This document shows, one piece after another, positions 40,062 through 52,495 of a DNA stretch of 64,000 nucleotides. Position numbers and translations under genes: made by a program. The stretch comes from Camelus dromedarius (taxonomy: Eukaryota). The DNA lies in assembly GCF_036321535.1 (NCBI RefSeq), contig NC_087437.1, positions 120,096,001 to 120,160,000 of the forward strand, written 5' to 3'. The notes below the pieces were generated by a model that was given only the letters and a program-made list of their open reading frames with translations, made no database searches and was not told the origin of the DNA. Numbering within the stretch: the first letter of the stretch is position 1; every line of letters starts with the position of its first letter.

Positions 40062-41267
40062 CGCGTGGGCCTCAGTCACCTTTGTAGATGGTCCCTGGCC
40101 TGGGGCTGTGGAGGGCACGCACGGTGGGTGTCTGTGCAACGGCCGACCAGGCGGACGGGCCTGGGGGCGTGGGCTCGTGATGGCTCTCAGTCTGCGACTC
40201 CCACCATCAAGGCCTCCCTTCTTCGCTGCTCTGGGCTTTGCGAATGGTTCTGCTTCGCGGCCGAGTGGTGTTGAGCCCCGTCTGTACAGGCACCAGTGGG
40301 ACATGGTGGCGGGAGGGTTTCTCGTCCTGGTTCCAGTGTGTAGGCCCCGCAGCGCACAGTGGCCAGTCCTCCCACAGCCCCCGCCCTAGAGTGACCTGGC
40401 AGGGCACCTCCCGCGAGCAGCTTCTCCCACACTCCCTTGGGTGGCTTTGCAGAGTCCCGAGGCACCTCCTGGCACCCCCGAGGGCAGACCTCCAGCAGTC
40501 CCACCGGTGAGGCCCTGCGCGGCTTCCCCACGCGGTCAGCCCCGTGCCTGCCCCACGTAGCCGGCCACGCTGGGGCCACACTGGGGGCAGGCCGGGCTGA
40601 TCCAGCCAGGTCTGCGGTGTCGGGGGTGTCCCCGTCAGTCTGAGGGCTGTTCCCTGCATCCGCCCTTCCTGTATTCTTTAGTGTTCTGTCACTGTTACTG
40701 CCACTTCCCTGTTACTCCGAGGCCCTGTTTACAGCTCTTCGTAACAAACCTTCCCGGTCACGTGACCCTGTGGCTCCTGTCTCCTGGCGGGGCTTTGCTG
40801 GCCCAGCCTGAAGCATCTTTAGAGCTCTGTTTTCGCTCTGAGCCAGGGCTGCTTTCTGTTTTAGAACAACTGGGGCCTGTGTTTTCATGGTTGGCCTAAT
40901 TCTTTCTATGGAAATATGACTGCCAACAGCAAATGCAGCCCAAAGGCCTCCCTGAGGCCCTTAGACCACTGTCCGCTCCTGAGAAGTGGCGGTCACACAG
41001 CGGCCTTGGTTTCCACTGGCCTTCCCCCCCCCAGTGTCCTGGCTGAAGGATGACGAGGAGCCAGGTCTCCTGGGCTTGGCGGTGGGAGTAGCTGGGCCAG
41101 CCTGGGGCTGTGACTGGGGTAAGGAGACATGGAGAACTCGAGGCAAGACTTTTCCCAAGGAGGCGGGTTTTGCAACTTTGAGCTAGCTGTCCTGGGGGCT
41201 CACAAGGACACTGTGTTCCTTCTGGGGCCCCAGGGAGAGAGCTCTTATTCACAGACTCCAGCGGTTC

Positions 41268-42092
41268 TGTTTTGGGGGGGCCCAGGGAAGCCCACCCCAA
41301 AATATGCTCAATGCCATATTGATTATCTTGAATTAAAGTTATTTCAGAAACAGCCAACACAAGATCCTCTGACTCTCCTCTCTGTCTCCCTGAAAGCAGG
41401 AAACGAACCTCCCATGTGAAAGGTGCCCCCCCTGCCTCTTCATGCAGAAGGACACCCTATCGCCAGAGATGGGGACTCCGGGCCGAGAAGCCCAGATGAA
41501 CCACCGCCTTCAGATACACACGACTGCAGAGAAAACAGATGAACAGCAAGGGCCTACCGTATAGCACAGGGAACAATATTCAGTTTCTTGTAATGAGCTG
41601 CCATGGAGAAGAAATTGAAGAAAAAATACATGTATCTGTATAACTGAATTGCTTTGCTGTGCCCCTGAAACTAAGATTGTAAATCAGCCACACTTCAATA
41701 AAAAATAAGAGTTAAACAAAGGACTTCTCTGAACAGATCTGACTGCAGCTTCGGCTTTGGAGACAGACGTTTCACACATTCAGAAAACTGTAAAAAACCA
41801 AAAGCCTCCTGGCATCTTTCATTGGCCGCCCTGAGCACAGCCTGTTTAGCGTCTTCACTCACTGGGCTCCAAACCTGATTCTCGGCCCTGGCAATGCCTC
41901 ACGTCTTACTGTTTCTTCTGTGCCTAAGAAGAGCGAGAGCTGCTGCTTTGGCCACTTCTTCTGTGGGGCCTCCACATGCAGGGGTTCGAGTGGGTCTCTC
42001 TCTCTCCCATTAACCTGCCTTGTGTCGGTTTTACTCTTAGTCCAGCCACCAGAACCCAGGAGGGCTGGAGGGGGAGTCTCCCCGCCTCGCCA
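41268..42092 (+). mobile_element. ERV1-class solo LTR interrupted by an L1 3' fragment (~41510-41710)
   Basis: catattgattatcttgaattaaagtt motif shared with 35707 LTR; TSD gttc/gttt; internal tatagcacagggaac...cttcaataaaaaa L1 tail. Confidence 0.7.
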
Positions 42093-43499
42093 GTTTCAGG
42101 CAGGAGATAAAAATCAACCCAGCATGTTGTGACTAGACCAGGGGACAGGGTCCTTGAGGGACCTCCTTTGACAGCCTAAAACCTGTCACCAGCCAGTGCT
42201 GCCACCCTCAGATCTCTACCAGGAGACTCGGGCCAGCGGGCCCCTCATCAGCCGAGAGGTGTTGGGAGGAGGCCTGGCCTGGGGCCTCGAGGGATGGTCC
42301 TCAACCCCTTTGGGCTCTCCTGGCATTTCTGTCTACACTTCAACTGAAACGAAACAAAACAAACAAACAAAAACCCTCCTAAGGCAAAAAGAGGCCCGAG
42401 GATTTATGACCTGAAGTCCCGGGTTCACCTGCCCGCAGCCCGTCTGTGGACATCCCGTGGGGGCTGCAGGGGCTTCCCTTGTCGGGCTGGATGGAGTCCA
42501 TGTGGGTGGAGTCGTTGTGAAATGGGCGTCTTCTGTCTGCTTTGGGGTGAGAATCACGTCACTTCTCCAGCCGCCCTTGGGAACTGAGCAGGGGTGTCTG
42601 AGTCTCTAAAACCATGTGACCAAGTAGTGACCCCATGACCTGAGCTGGACGTCCCTGGTAAAAGCAGAAAACAACCCATCCGGAGAGCTTCGGCAACAAC
42701 GTGGGCTTGAAGAGCTCCCGCTAGTTCAGACCCTGGAGTTGCCAACTCAGAGGCCGACGGGCAGGGCCGGGCAGCCACGGCTCCAAGGAGACCCTGCGCT
42801 AAGGATGCAGGTCCAGAGCTCCCGGCCCGGATCTGGCCACGACGCTGCAGGACGGCACGGGTTCCCCAGGGCTGCTGGTGGCCCTGAATTCCCCCAGCTC
42901 CACGTTCCTGGAGTAAGCCCAGACCCCTGGGTCTAGGAGCCCTCTTCTAGCCACAGTGAGAGGCAGGGACCTCTAAAAACCACATAACTGTGCCTTTAAA
43001 AGAGTCAGTTTTATGGTATATGAATTACACCTTAATAAAGCTTTATTTTTTTTTTAAGCAGAGCTTGGCATGTTGAGGGGTAAGGCAGCCAGGGAAGACT
43101 GGTTAGGGAGCTGATCCTGGGAGGGGGACCAGGGTGGGGGCGTGGAGGTGGAGCAGACGGGCCAGGGAGAGCTTGGGAGGTGGGCGGCCAGGCCTGGCTG
43201 ATGGCTTGGATGTGGAGGGCAAGGGTATGAAAGGAAGAGGTTTTTGGCCTGAGTGTCTCACCCAGGCAGGCTGATGGGCATCTGTGCGGGGAACCAGGGT
43301 GGACAACAGCTTGGGACCTTGTCTCTGGACACCCCGCGCCCCCAGACCAGGCTGAACCCTGGCTCCACTGCCTAAGGCCTCCTGGTCCTGCGGGAACTCA
43401 GGGAAGGTCTTGGAGGCTATGCTTTTTCTACAGACAAGAGGCAGGTGGAGGACAAGGGGGAGGTTTGTTCTGGCCCCAGAGTTCCTACTGGGTTACAGC

Positions 43500-43890
43500 T
43501 TTAGGCACATTCACATTATTGTGTGACCATCCAGCTGCAGAATATTCCATTATCCACAATGCAACTCTGTCTCCATTAAACGCTCACTCCCCGTTCCCCT
43601 CCCCTCAGTCCCTCATTCTATCTCCATGAATCTGAATCCTCTAGGGACCTCATATCAGTGGATCAAGCAGTATTTGTCCTTTTGTGACTGGCTTATGTCA
43701 CTGAGTTTGATGTCCTCAAGGCCCATCCACGTTGTAGCAGGTGTCAGAACGTCCTTCCGTTTTGAGGCTAAGAAATATTCCACTGTAACGGGTGGACCAC
43801 ATTTTGTTTATCCACTCATCCGTCGACGGACATTTGGGTTGTTTCCACCTGTTCGCTTTGTGAGTGTGCTGCTATGAGCTTGGGTGCACA
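43500..43890 (-). mobile_element. Old L1M 3' fragment
   Basis: tttgtccttttgtgactggcttatgtcactgag, cacattttgtttatccactcatc motifs. Confidence 0.75.
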
Positions 43891-44594
43891 CATTTTCATT
43901 GTTTCGACAGTTGCAGAAAATCCCACGCAGTGGGGTTTGGTGCGCCTGCCCCGGTGCGCCTTTAGCCAGCGCCTGCTTTTGGCATCACAGACAGCTGCAC
44001 CAGGTGAGCCCGTGCGCAGGCTGCTCCAGACCTGTGCGGCTGCGCTGTGGGGTGCTCTGCCGCAGGTGGATTTGTGGCGTCTGTAAACCCGTGTCTTTGA
44101 ACTCTTTCTGTTTGGCAGCTGTTGGAAGCTGGTTGAAGACGTGCCAGATCTTGCAGGTGATGGTGTGAGGGTTGTGGGTGTATTTACCAGGCTACAGTCA
44201 TGGACAGACTTGGCAGAATTCAGACTTTTGCTGTAGTTGGAGCTGCACCTTTGACAGAACAGCTGCTCTGCCCTGGAAGCTGGAACCCCCGTGTGCTGTG
44301 GGGGATGGACACCAGGGGGCGCAGCTCTGCCGCTTTTGGGCAGGGAGAAGGCTCAGTCCAGTTCTCCGGTTCCGCTGCTGCACGGATGGTTATTTAGGAC
44401 TTGAGTCGAGGGGTGGGGCGGGAAGTACGGTGTTTCCTAAAGAAAGGCTACACAGGACTTGTTTGGGTTTTGGGTGGAGAACAAGTGATGAAGATGGAGA
44501 CCACTTCTGGGGACTCGGGGATTCCTGGTGGTTCCGCCCAAGCCTCAGCCCAGCGCCTGCTCTTCAGCCGCTGCCTCTCCCGGGCACTTCGAGC

Positions 44595-44655
44595 CAGGCC
44601 CCACGGACACAGGGCCCCACGGACACAGGGCCCCACGGACCACAGGGCCCCACGG
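44595..44655. repeat. Minisatellite, ~4 x 16-nt unit agggccccacggacac
   Basis: Direct reading. Confidence 0.9.
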
Positions 44656-45681
44656 CTGCTATGTGTGATTCTTTTACACTGATGACGGTGTGTTTCTTTA
44701 TTGTCTAAACAAAATACCTGTCCAGTGGCCCTGCCCTTCAGTTCACCGTGGCCGGGCACACATCGTCTCCTGTTGTCTGTTGACCATGACTGGTGGCAGG
44801 GCCCCCCTGGTGGCTCCAGGACTCTCGGTGGGATGCTTGCTGGGTGAGGGCGGTGGAGGGAGCGGGGCCAGGTCCTTCCTGGCTGTCAGTGGGGGTCAGC
44901 GGGGTCTCTCACTTCCTCCTCCTGCCAGCACAGCGCGGGGCCACCTTCCTACCCCAGGTGTCCAGCGCTCCTAGGTTTCGGGGTGTCTGAAGGAGCTCAG
45001 AGGGGCCGGGGGCTTCCAGTGTTTCTAGTTAGACTTTGAGAAGTTCACCTGCACACTTTCCCCAAGAGGAGGAGGAGGATATAAACATTATACTCGCTTA
45101 TTTTGCATGATTTCATGAGTTTGCTGGGACAGTTCAGAGGGAGTGTGGTCATCTCGGCTGACACTTGATTATTCGGTACAGCAATTCCGCTTCTGGGAAT
45201 TTGACCCGGAGAAGTGCTCGCTGGGAACGCGGGCAAAGCCGGTTGCTGGGACGTGGTCCGCAACCAGCCCGACTGGAGGCATCTGCGTGCGGCTCCCGGG
45301 TGATGCCCGGGTACCTTCGTGTACGCGGGTGGATGGGGGGTCTCCATCAGTTCTCAGAGCGAGGCCGGCCGGGGTCTGCTGGTCCAGGAGTGGGTGCCAG
45401 GGCTCTGTGTGGTGCGTCCCTACCCCGAGAGCCTGGAAGTCACTCCCACAAAGGCAAGCAGTCCATGCAGCCCCTGGGGCGTCACACGCAGTCAGTCGTC
45501 TCCAAGTGTCTAAACACCCTCATTTTCTTACTCCTCCTGCCCTGTCACATATTTAAGCCGAGTCCAGGCATCAAGCCACCCCTCCCTCCCGGCTCCAGGT
45601 TACTCCTCTAAGGACAGAAGACTTCTTACAGTACCACGGTACCACTGTCAGACCTATCAAGACTTGGCAACTGGGGAGAAG

Positions 45682-45817
45682 GGGAGGGTGGGGCTCAGCG
45701 GTAGAGCACGTGCCTAGCATGCACGAGGTCCAGGGTTCAATCCCCAGCACCTCTGTTGAAAGACAAACAAATAAAAATAAACAAACCTAAGTACTTCCGC
45801 AAAAATAATAAAAAAAT
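45682..45817 (+). mobile_element. tRNA-derived SINE (Vic-1-like)
   Basis: gctcagcggtagagc A box, ggttcaatccc B box, A-rich tail. Confidence 0.8.
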
Positions 45818-45969
45818 TAGCAATCAGTTCTTAATGACACGCAACAGCCTGTGTCCGAATTTCCCCAGTTGCCTCAAAGCTGTCTTCTTACAGCGAGCTT
45901 GGGTGTGGCTGTCACGCTCTGCAGGTCTTTGCAGACGGAGCTGGAGTGCGCGTCGTGTGCAGTGACGTC

Positions 45970-46425
45970 TGTGTCCTGTGGCTGCTGTGACGAATGACCA
46001 CAAATGTAGTGGCTTAAACATAACACAAATGTGTTGTCTTTTGTGACAAGACAGAGAGGCCCATTGACCAGAATGGGCCCCCCCGGGGCTGAAATTAAGG
46101 AGCTGACAGGCTTGCATCCCTCGTGAAGGCTGAAGGCTCGGGGCAGAATCCTCACATTTCCCTGCTTCTCAGGGCCACCCACACTCCCTCACTCACCCCC
46201 TGCATCCCTCTGCTCTGTTTCCTCGTCACATCTTCTGCGACCCTCCAGCCTCCCCTCTTTCCCTGTGATGACATTGGATCCACCTGGATAATCCAGGCCA
46301 CTCTCCCTGGCTCAGGACCCTTCATTTAATCACAGAGTCCCTTTTGTCATACAAAGTAGCGTAGTTACAGGTTCTGGGGAGGAGGACCGGACGTCTCCGA
46401 GAGGGCATTCTTCTTCCAAACACAG
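45970..46425 (-). mobile_element. MaLR (MLT1-type) LTR
   Basis: ggctgctgtgac...ccacaaatgtagtggcttaaaca...cacctggataatccagg. Confidence 0.7.
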
Positions 46426-46872
46426 CAGCCAATAAGTAACAGCTGGGATGGAGACACAGCAATGACCTCACTGTGGTTCTTTCAATTTCTGCAGCCAACT
46501 GGGGGCTGTCACTCCACTTGTGAGGGAGAGGCAGGGACATGCCTGGGGCAGAGAGGGAGGGACGCTGCCCACGTCACTGTGTGCACAGGAGCCGAGGTTC
46601 CGCCTAGAAACAGCTCAGCCACTGCCGCCAAAGGGGGTTTGCTGCTCGGAACCTCTGCTGGCCACAGCCAGCTCCGGCGGGGCGTCTTCCGGGCTCCTGG
46701 GGGAGTTCGTCGCCCCTCCTGGGGGTCTCCAGACTACACCCTGATCAGAGCCCGGGATGGTCAAGATGGAAAAATACACATACTATAAAATCTATTGATT
46801 TTTAGAAGTTTTAAAGCGAATAGGTCTGTGGCAGTAAATACATTCACTTTGCTGTGTGACTATCACCACCAC

Positions 46873-47160
46873 GTGATGGTCAGTTTTGTGCGTCAGCTTG
46901 GCCAGCTTCTCGTCCCAGGGATTCAGTCAAACACTCATCTAGGTGTTGCTGGAAAGGTATTTTGTAGGCACGGTTAACCCCTACCACCAGCTGCCTTTGC
47001 TTAAAGCAGTTCATTCTAGAGGATCTGGATGAGTCTCATTCCATCAGCTGAAAGGCCTTAAAGGGGAAAAATTGAGGTTTTTCTGGGGAAGAAAAACTTC
47101 TGCCTCAAGACTGCAGCGTCAGCGCCTGCCTGGCAGGTTTTGGACTCGCCACCCTCTTCC
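46873..47160 (+). mobile_element. ERVL MLT2-type LTR fragment
   Basis: gtgatggtcagttttgtgcgtcagcttggc...tcaaacactcatctaggtgttgctg. Confidence 0.65.
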
Positions 47161-47854
47161 TTTTCCTTGTTGGGTCTGTTTGCCTGTGACCCGTAGTGAG
47201 TTTGTCTGTGTGTCTGTCTCTCCCAGGGGACTGTAAGCTCTCTGAAGGCAAGAACTGGCTTTTCCGTAGTTGCATTCGATCAGGATGGCACAAAGTGGGT
47301 GCTTAATAAAAACGTGGTTACCTCTGACTTCGCCAGCCCTGGAATGCAGGTAGACCCAAAGGAGAGGGCTGTCCGGGCTGCGCCGATGGCCCGATGAGCG
47401 ACCTTTGGTAATGCACGCGGGATCTCACGTGTTCCTTCTCTCCTGGTGCCGTCGCCCACCCCCGCCTGCCCCAGGTGGTTCCGTTCACTTTGAGGAAGGG
47501 AGTGATCTTGGGGACTCTTCCATTGGTGGGTCACGGGGGCCACCTGGGGCTTCTGCTGCCTCCTCTGGGAGGCCCACCCTGATTGCTGGGGCGGGATTAC
47601 CCCTCCCCTTGTGTGCTCTCATTGCACCTGGGACTTGGTCCTAGTGCCAGACCCATCTCGTTCATGCATTCCTTTACTCATTCAATAAAGCAGGGAGTGG
47701 ATTTGGTTTGGGTCTTGGTTGGAACAAAGCTGTAAAAGGACCATGTCTGAGACAATCAGGGATGTCTGGTGAGGGACTAGCTTTTGGGTGACACCAGGAA
47801 ATTTTTGCTGTCAAATGTGAAATGGAATTTGTGCTTATACGAGGAAACGTTCAT

Positions 47855-47988
47855 TAAATTTTTTTTGCTTGTTCATTTTGGGGGGTAATTAGGTTTATTT
47901 ATTTATTTTAATGGAGGCACTGGGGACTGAGCCCAGCACCTCATGCATGCCAGGCACGCACCCTACCCCTGGGCTCCACCCTCCGCCC
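47855..47988 (-). mobile_element. tRNA-derived SINE (Vic-1-like)
   Basis: Reverse complement of 45682-type element with T-rich tail. Confidence 0.7.
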
Positions 47989-48907
47989 GAAATGTTCCTA
48001 TTTTTAAGAGGAAGGGGGGTGAGCTGACATGAAGTCTGGGCTTTGCTTTAAAAGATTTCAGGAAAGGAAAAAAGAGCAAGCGAATGGGGGCAAAATCCTC
48101 ACAGTTGTGGGGTCTGGCTGGTGAGTATGTGGGGTTCACTGTACCATGTTCTTTAATTTTTCAGATGTATGAAAAATTCAGTAACAAAGATAAACCCAAA
48201 TCAAATAGTACTTTACTCTCAAGACAGAAATGATTGAAAATACGCAGTGGGGGTGAGGAGGAGCGCGTGTCCCACCGCGGGCAGACACAACCTGGTGTGT
48301 CTGGGGCAGAACTGTCTCTAAGTCTCCACCTTAACTCGTGTCCCCTGCAGGCAGTGTCTGGGGGCCCCTGCTGGGTCTCCGTGCTCAGGTCCGTGCTCCG
48401 TGCTCCGTGCCCTCCCCCCCATCGACCGTGTGGGGTCGGCAGGGGGCTGTACGTGCAGCCCACACACCTGCTGAGGAGTCAGCACTGCCGAGGGCACAGC
48501 CAAGGCTCGCTCGTGCTGACCATAACGATGCCTGTCCGCTCACAGGGGCAGATTTGTGGGTGAGCCCCGTGGGGCCCTGGAGTGGAAAATCTGGGTGCCA
48601 GGGCTTTGTGATTGCGCCTGCAGACTGCTGGCGCGTGGGAATCCTGGGCATAAAGCAAATCCCAGCCTTTGTGTGAGCAGGGCTGGCATTTAGCTGGTGT
48701 GCAGCGGAATGCAAACTGCTGAGAGCGGGCTTAGCCGGCCACGGAAACAATGGAGAGGGGACAGCCGGTCTCCCCAGGGTCGCCCTCCAGGCCGCATTTC
48801 CTGCCGACACAGGGCTTTGCAAGGGTCTGACCCCAAATTCCTGACAGCCCGACTTGTTTGGATGTTGGAGAGAGATGATTTCAGGGACTGTGGCTCATGC
48901 TCCCCCA

Positions 48908-49072
48908 GACACACAGAAGCACACACACCACACACATGGACACGCACACTGCACAGACTCACACAGAAGCACACACACCACACAGACATGCACACACAGC
49001 TCACACGCACACCCACGTACACACACACACGCAGCACCCCCATACAGACACGGACACAAATGTCCACACACA
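48908..49072. repeat. Imperfect (CA)n-rich repeat
   Basis: Direct reading. Confidence 0.85.
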
Positions 49073-51175
49073 GCCAGGGGTCTGCCCTGGTGCCCACACT
49101 CCCCACACCCATCCCGCTGGTTCCTTCAGCCCTGCCCTTTCCATCCTCAGACCCTCCCCATCAGCGCCCCTTCACCAGGTCTGCCCGCCTGGGCCCCCTT
49201 GCTGGACTCCCCCACCCCAGGAGCCTCAGGCTGGCTCACTGTGACGGCAGGTCCCCCAGGATGCAGATCCCATGTGGGTGCTGGATTCCCTTGGATCTGC
49301 AGATGGCGTCAGGCCTCAACAGAATTGTCTCTGGATTCCATTCCTTTTCTTGGCTTTAAGAGAAATATATTCTTTTTTCTTTGATTTTTGGAAAGTTTGT
49401 ATTTCTTCTCTTCAACCTGCCACGTGGGTCAAGCCTGCCGGACACCCTGGGATGGATGAAGTGTGCTGGACCCCGGCCACTCTGGGCAGACTCAGGAGAG
49501 CCACGTGGTCACTGTGTCCGTGGGCCTTGTTCCCCCAAGAGCAGTGGTGACAGCAGTGGCTCCTTCAGGGTGTGCGAGGACAAACATCCACGTGGGGCTG
49601 GCTACACACAGAGGGCCTCGGGTGAAGCCGGCTCCACTGCGTCCCTGAGATCTGGGCAGGCATCTCCAGGTCACCTCCTGGTCCCCTGCCCGTCCGTACC
49701 CACCAGCTTCCCCGCCTCTAAGGCCAAGGCTGCCCTGGCCCGTAGGGAGGGGCCAGTCACACTCTCCAGAGTCTCCAGGCACAGGCGGAGGAATGGCAAC
49801 CCTCCGGGAAGCCAGGGATTAGGGAGCTGGGGGCCAAGAGATGGCCAGTGAGGAGCTTCTGACACACGGGCCCAGGCTGGCCGTGGTCACAGTCCTTGGG
49901 GAGGAAAGCACGGCGCAGAGGCACCGTCCTCCTCACTCAGGAGCCTGAGGTCAGATGGCCTCCTGTTCCTGTCCTCCCTGGTCCCCAGCCCACCGTGGGC
50001 CTGGTCCTCCCTCTCTGAGTGGGAGCTCCAGGGCTGTCCCTGCCATTGCTCTGCACAGACCTGGCCCAGACGTCAGGGTCACACCCCTGCGCACTTCCTC
50101 TGCTCCCTCACCTGTCCTGGGGGTGGTCTTGGGGTCATCTCTGTGGCCTTACAGGGACCATGGCTGGACCAAGTGGGAAGACCTCTGTTGGGGTCTCCAT
50201 GACAGGCTGGAGGGATGGAAGCATCCCAGCACAGCCGGTCCCGGTCACCAGGGATGTGCACAAAGCAGGGTCAGGGCCCAGGATGCTCTGGCTCATGGCT
50301 CAGCATGAGGACAGTGGGGCTCACTGCACAGATCTGAGGGGGCGCCTCCATCCCAAAGAGGACCACTGGCCTCGCCCCAGGACCCGTCCTCCCAGCCCAC
50401 ATCTCAGGAGCACGTTGCTGGAGTTCTGTGGCATCGTCCTCCCTCTGCACACCTTTCTGGTTGGCTCCAGGACCCTAATATAGCCCAACAAGCCAGTGGG
50501 GGAGCCTCACCAGCTCCTCTGACACAGCCTGTTGTGAACACTCAGGGTTTGGTAGGATAAAGGGAGTTTCCCCACTTTAGATTTATTGGATTTGCTCAAA
50601 TTCTGAACAATGACAATGTGTCGTTTTTATAATAAAATGTTATTTAAAATAGAAAGAAAATCTACAGTCTTATCAGTCCTTCTAAAATCTTAGTTCACAA
50701 GACCTTCTTGGAAAAGCGTCTCCTCGTCAACAGCCTGCTTCTGTGCGTGGGAATAATAAACAGGACACAGAGAGGGGCTGTGGGCACCCGGGGCCTCTGT
50801 GGGGCCGCGTAGTCCTCAGAGCGCAAGCCTGAACAGTGAGGATGGGGGCCAGAGCCGCTGCCCCAGGCTGGTTGACCAGACGGCCCTGCTGCCAGGAGGC
50901 ACGGGGATGGGGAGCCTGGCCCTTGAGGCTTCCTGATGTGGGCTTGCCTCGCACATCGTTTCCCAGAGCTCCTGAGGGGGTGTGTGGGGGGTGGGCTTCA
51001 GGTCTGCCCCAGGCTGCGGGGGGCCCCCTTCACTCTCGCAGGCCTGTCAGACTCCCACGGGCTGGCAGCAGGTGGCCCGGAGGAACCCGAGGCCAGCGGT
51101 GTGCCTGGTGTGTTTGACGCCCAGAGCAGGTCACTCTGGGACTCTCCCTGCCCCACGGGACAAAATGGTTTCTGG

Positions 51176-51265
51176 CGGGGGAGGGTAGAGCCCAGGGGCA
51201 GAGCGCCTGCTTAGCCTGCTCGAGGTCCTGGGCTCAACCCTCAGTAATTCCATTAAAGAAAAGAG
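51176..51265 (+). mobile_element. Short tRNA-derived SINE (Vic-1-like)
   Basis: ggggagggtagagcccaggggcagagcgcctgcttagc...gaggtcctgggctcaaccc. Confidence 0.7.
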
Positions 51266-51789
51266 GATTTTTCTGTGTAATCAGGGAATGATCATGAATA
51301 ATCATGATTTTCTTGATTGGTTCTTTAAAACAATGAACAATAAAAAGACTATATTTCCATCTTAAAGGTATTATTCAAAATCAGTGAAATATTCCACCGA
51401 GAACAGCCGTCTGCACTGAAGCATCTCACCTCGTTGTCTGGGCTCCGTCTCACAGGTTCACATTTTAAACGTGCTGTAAAAGCGCCAAGAAGTCACGCAG
51501 AATGGCAGAGCTGAAGTGACGCCGGCTCTGTCTCCACGCGGGCTGCCGTCACTGATCTGAAACCCCGTGTCTAAGCACAGAAAGACGTCGCATCACAGAG
51601 GCTGGAGGGAGAGCTGTCCCCGGCCTTGGCAACCAGCTCAGAACACGCTCACAGACGGGAGTCTGCTGGCGTCGGGCCGGCCATGTAACGGGAAGTTCTG
51701 GGGTGGTTTCCACTTAGTAAATGCGTACAGAAAGATGAGGAAGAAAACTGCTTACCTGGAGATCACACACGCACTGGGGTAAAGAGATG

Positions 51790-51995
51790 TGCGGCCTCGG
51801 GAAACTGGAACAAGCAAGTCACGTATTTTCCCCCAGAGCCTCCAGGAGGGACCAGCCCTGCTGACACTTTGATCTGAGCCCAGTGAGACCCACTTTGGAC
51901 TCTGACCTCCAAACTGCGAGGTAACACATTTGTGTGGTTTTAAGCCACCGAGTTTGTGGTCTTCTGCTACAGCCGCCACAGGAAACCGATACCAC
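51790..51995 (+). mobile_element. MaLR LTR 3' part
   Basis: gactctgacctccaaactgcgag...tttaagccac...agccgccacaggaaaccgatac. Confidence 0.7.
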
Positions 51996-52378
51996 ACCAC
52001 GCTCTTGGGTCTGAAAGGCACCTGAGGGCTCTGCGGCCACCCCGCTCGCTGGGCGCAGGCTCTGCGCCATTGGGGCTGCAGGCTCAGTGCTGGCTCACCC
52101 CGAAGGTGCCCTCCGGCCCCGCTGTGGCAGGTGCCACCACAGCCCACCGAGGCCTCCACACATGGGCAGGGGCTGCAGATGAGTGTCTGGACACTCCTGT
52201 GTCTGACGGACCGTGGCAGACCCCCGGCCACCCCGAGCTGGGTAGCCCATAGGCCGAGGTTGTGCCCAGCCCCTGCCTGCAGCCCCAGCCTGTCTGAATG
52301 ACCACACGGAGGGCCAGGTGCAGGGTGACAAGGTGCCAAATACCAGTGGGGCCAAATGCAGTCATGAGGATAAATCAT

Positions 52379-52495
52379 CTTTTTAAAAAATTTTATTTAT
52401 TTATCTACTTATTGTAACGGAGGTCCTGGGGATTGAACCCAGGACCTTGTGCATGCTAAGCATGCACTCTAGCACTGAGCTATACCCGCCCCCCA
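52379..52495 (-). mobile_element. tRNA-derived SINE (Vic-1-like), young copy
   Basis: Near-consensus A/B boxes; perfect 12-bp TSD aggataaatcat at 52367-52378 and 52496-52507. Confidence 0.88.

Noticed and set aside
44595..44655. Short direct repeats resembling a CRISPR array
   Set aside because: No spacers, and the DNA is mammalian; it is a simple minisatellite.
45682..45755. tRNA-like sequence
   Set aside because: It is a SINE head: degenerate stems, A-rich tail, multiple dispersed copies.
48697..49384. His/Thr-rich ORFs of 176-220 aa
   Set aside because: Translation of a (CA)n-rich repeat.
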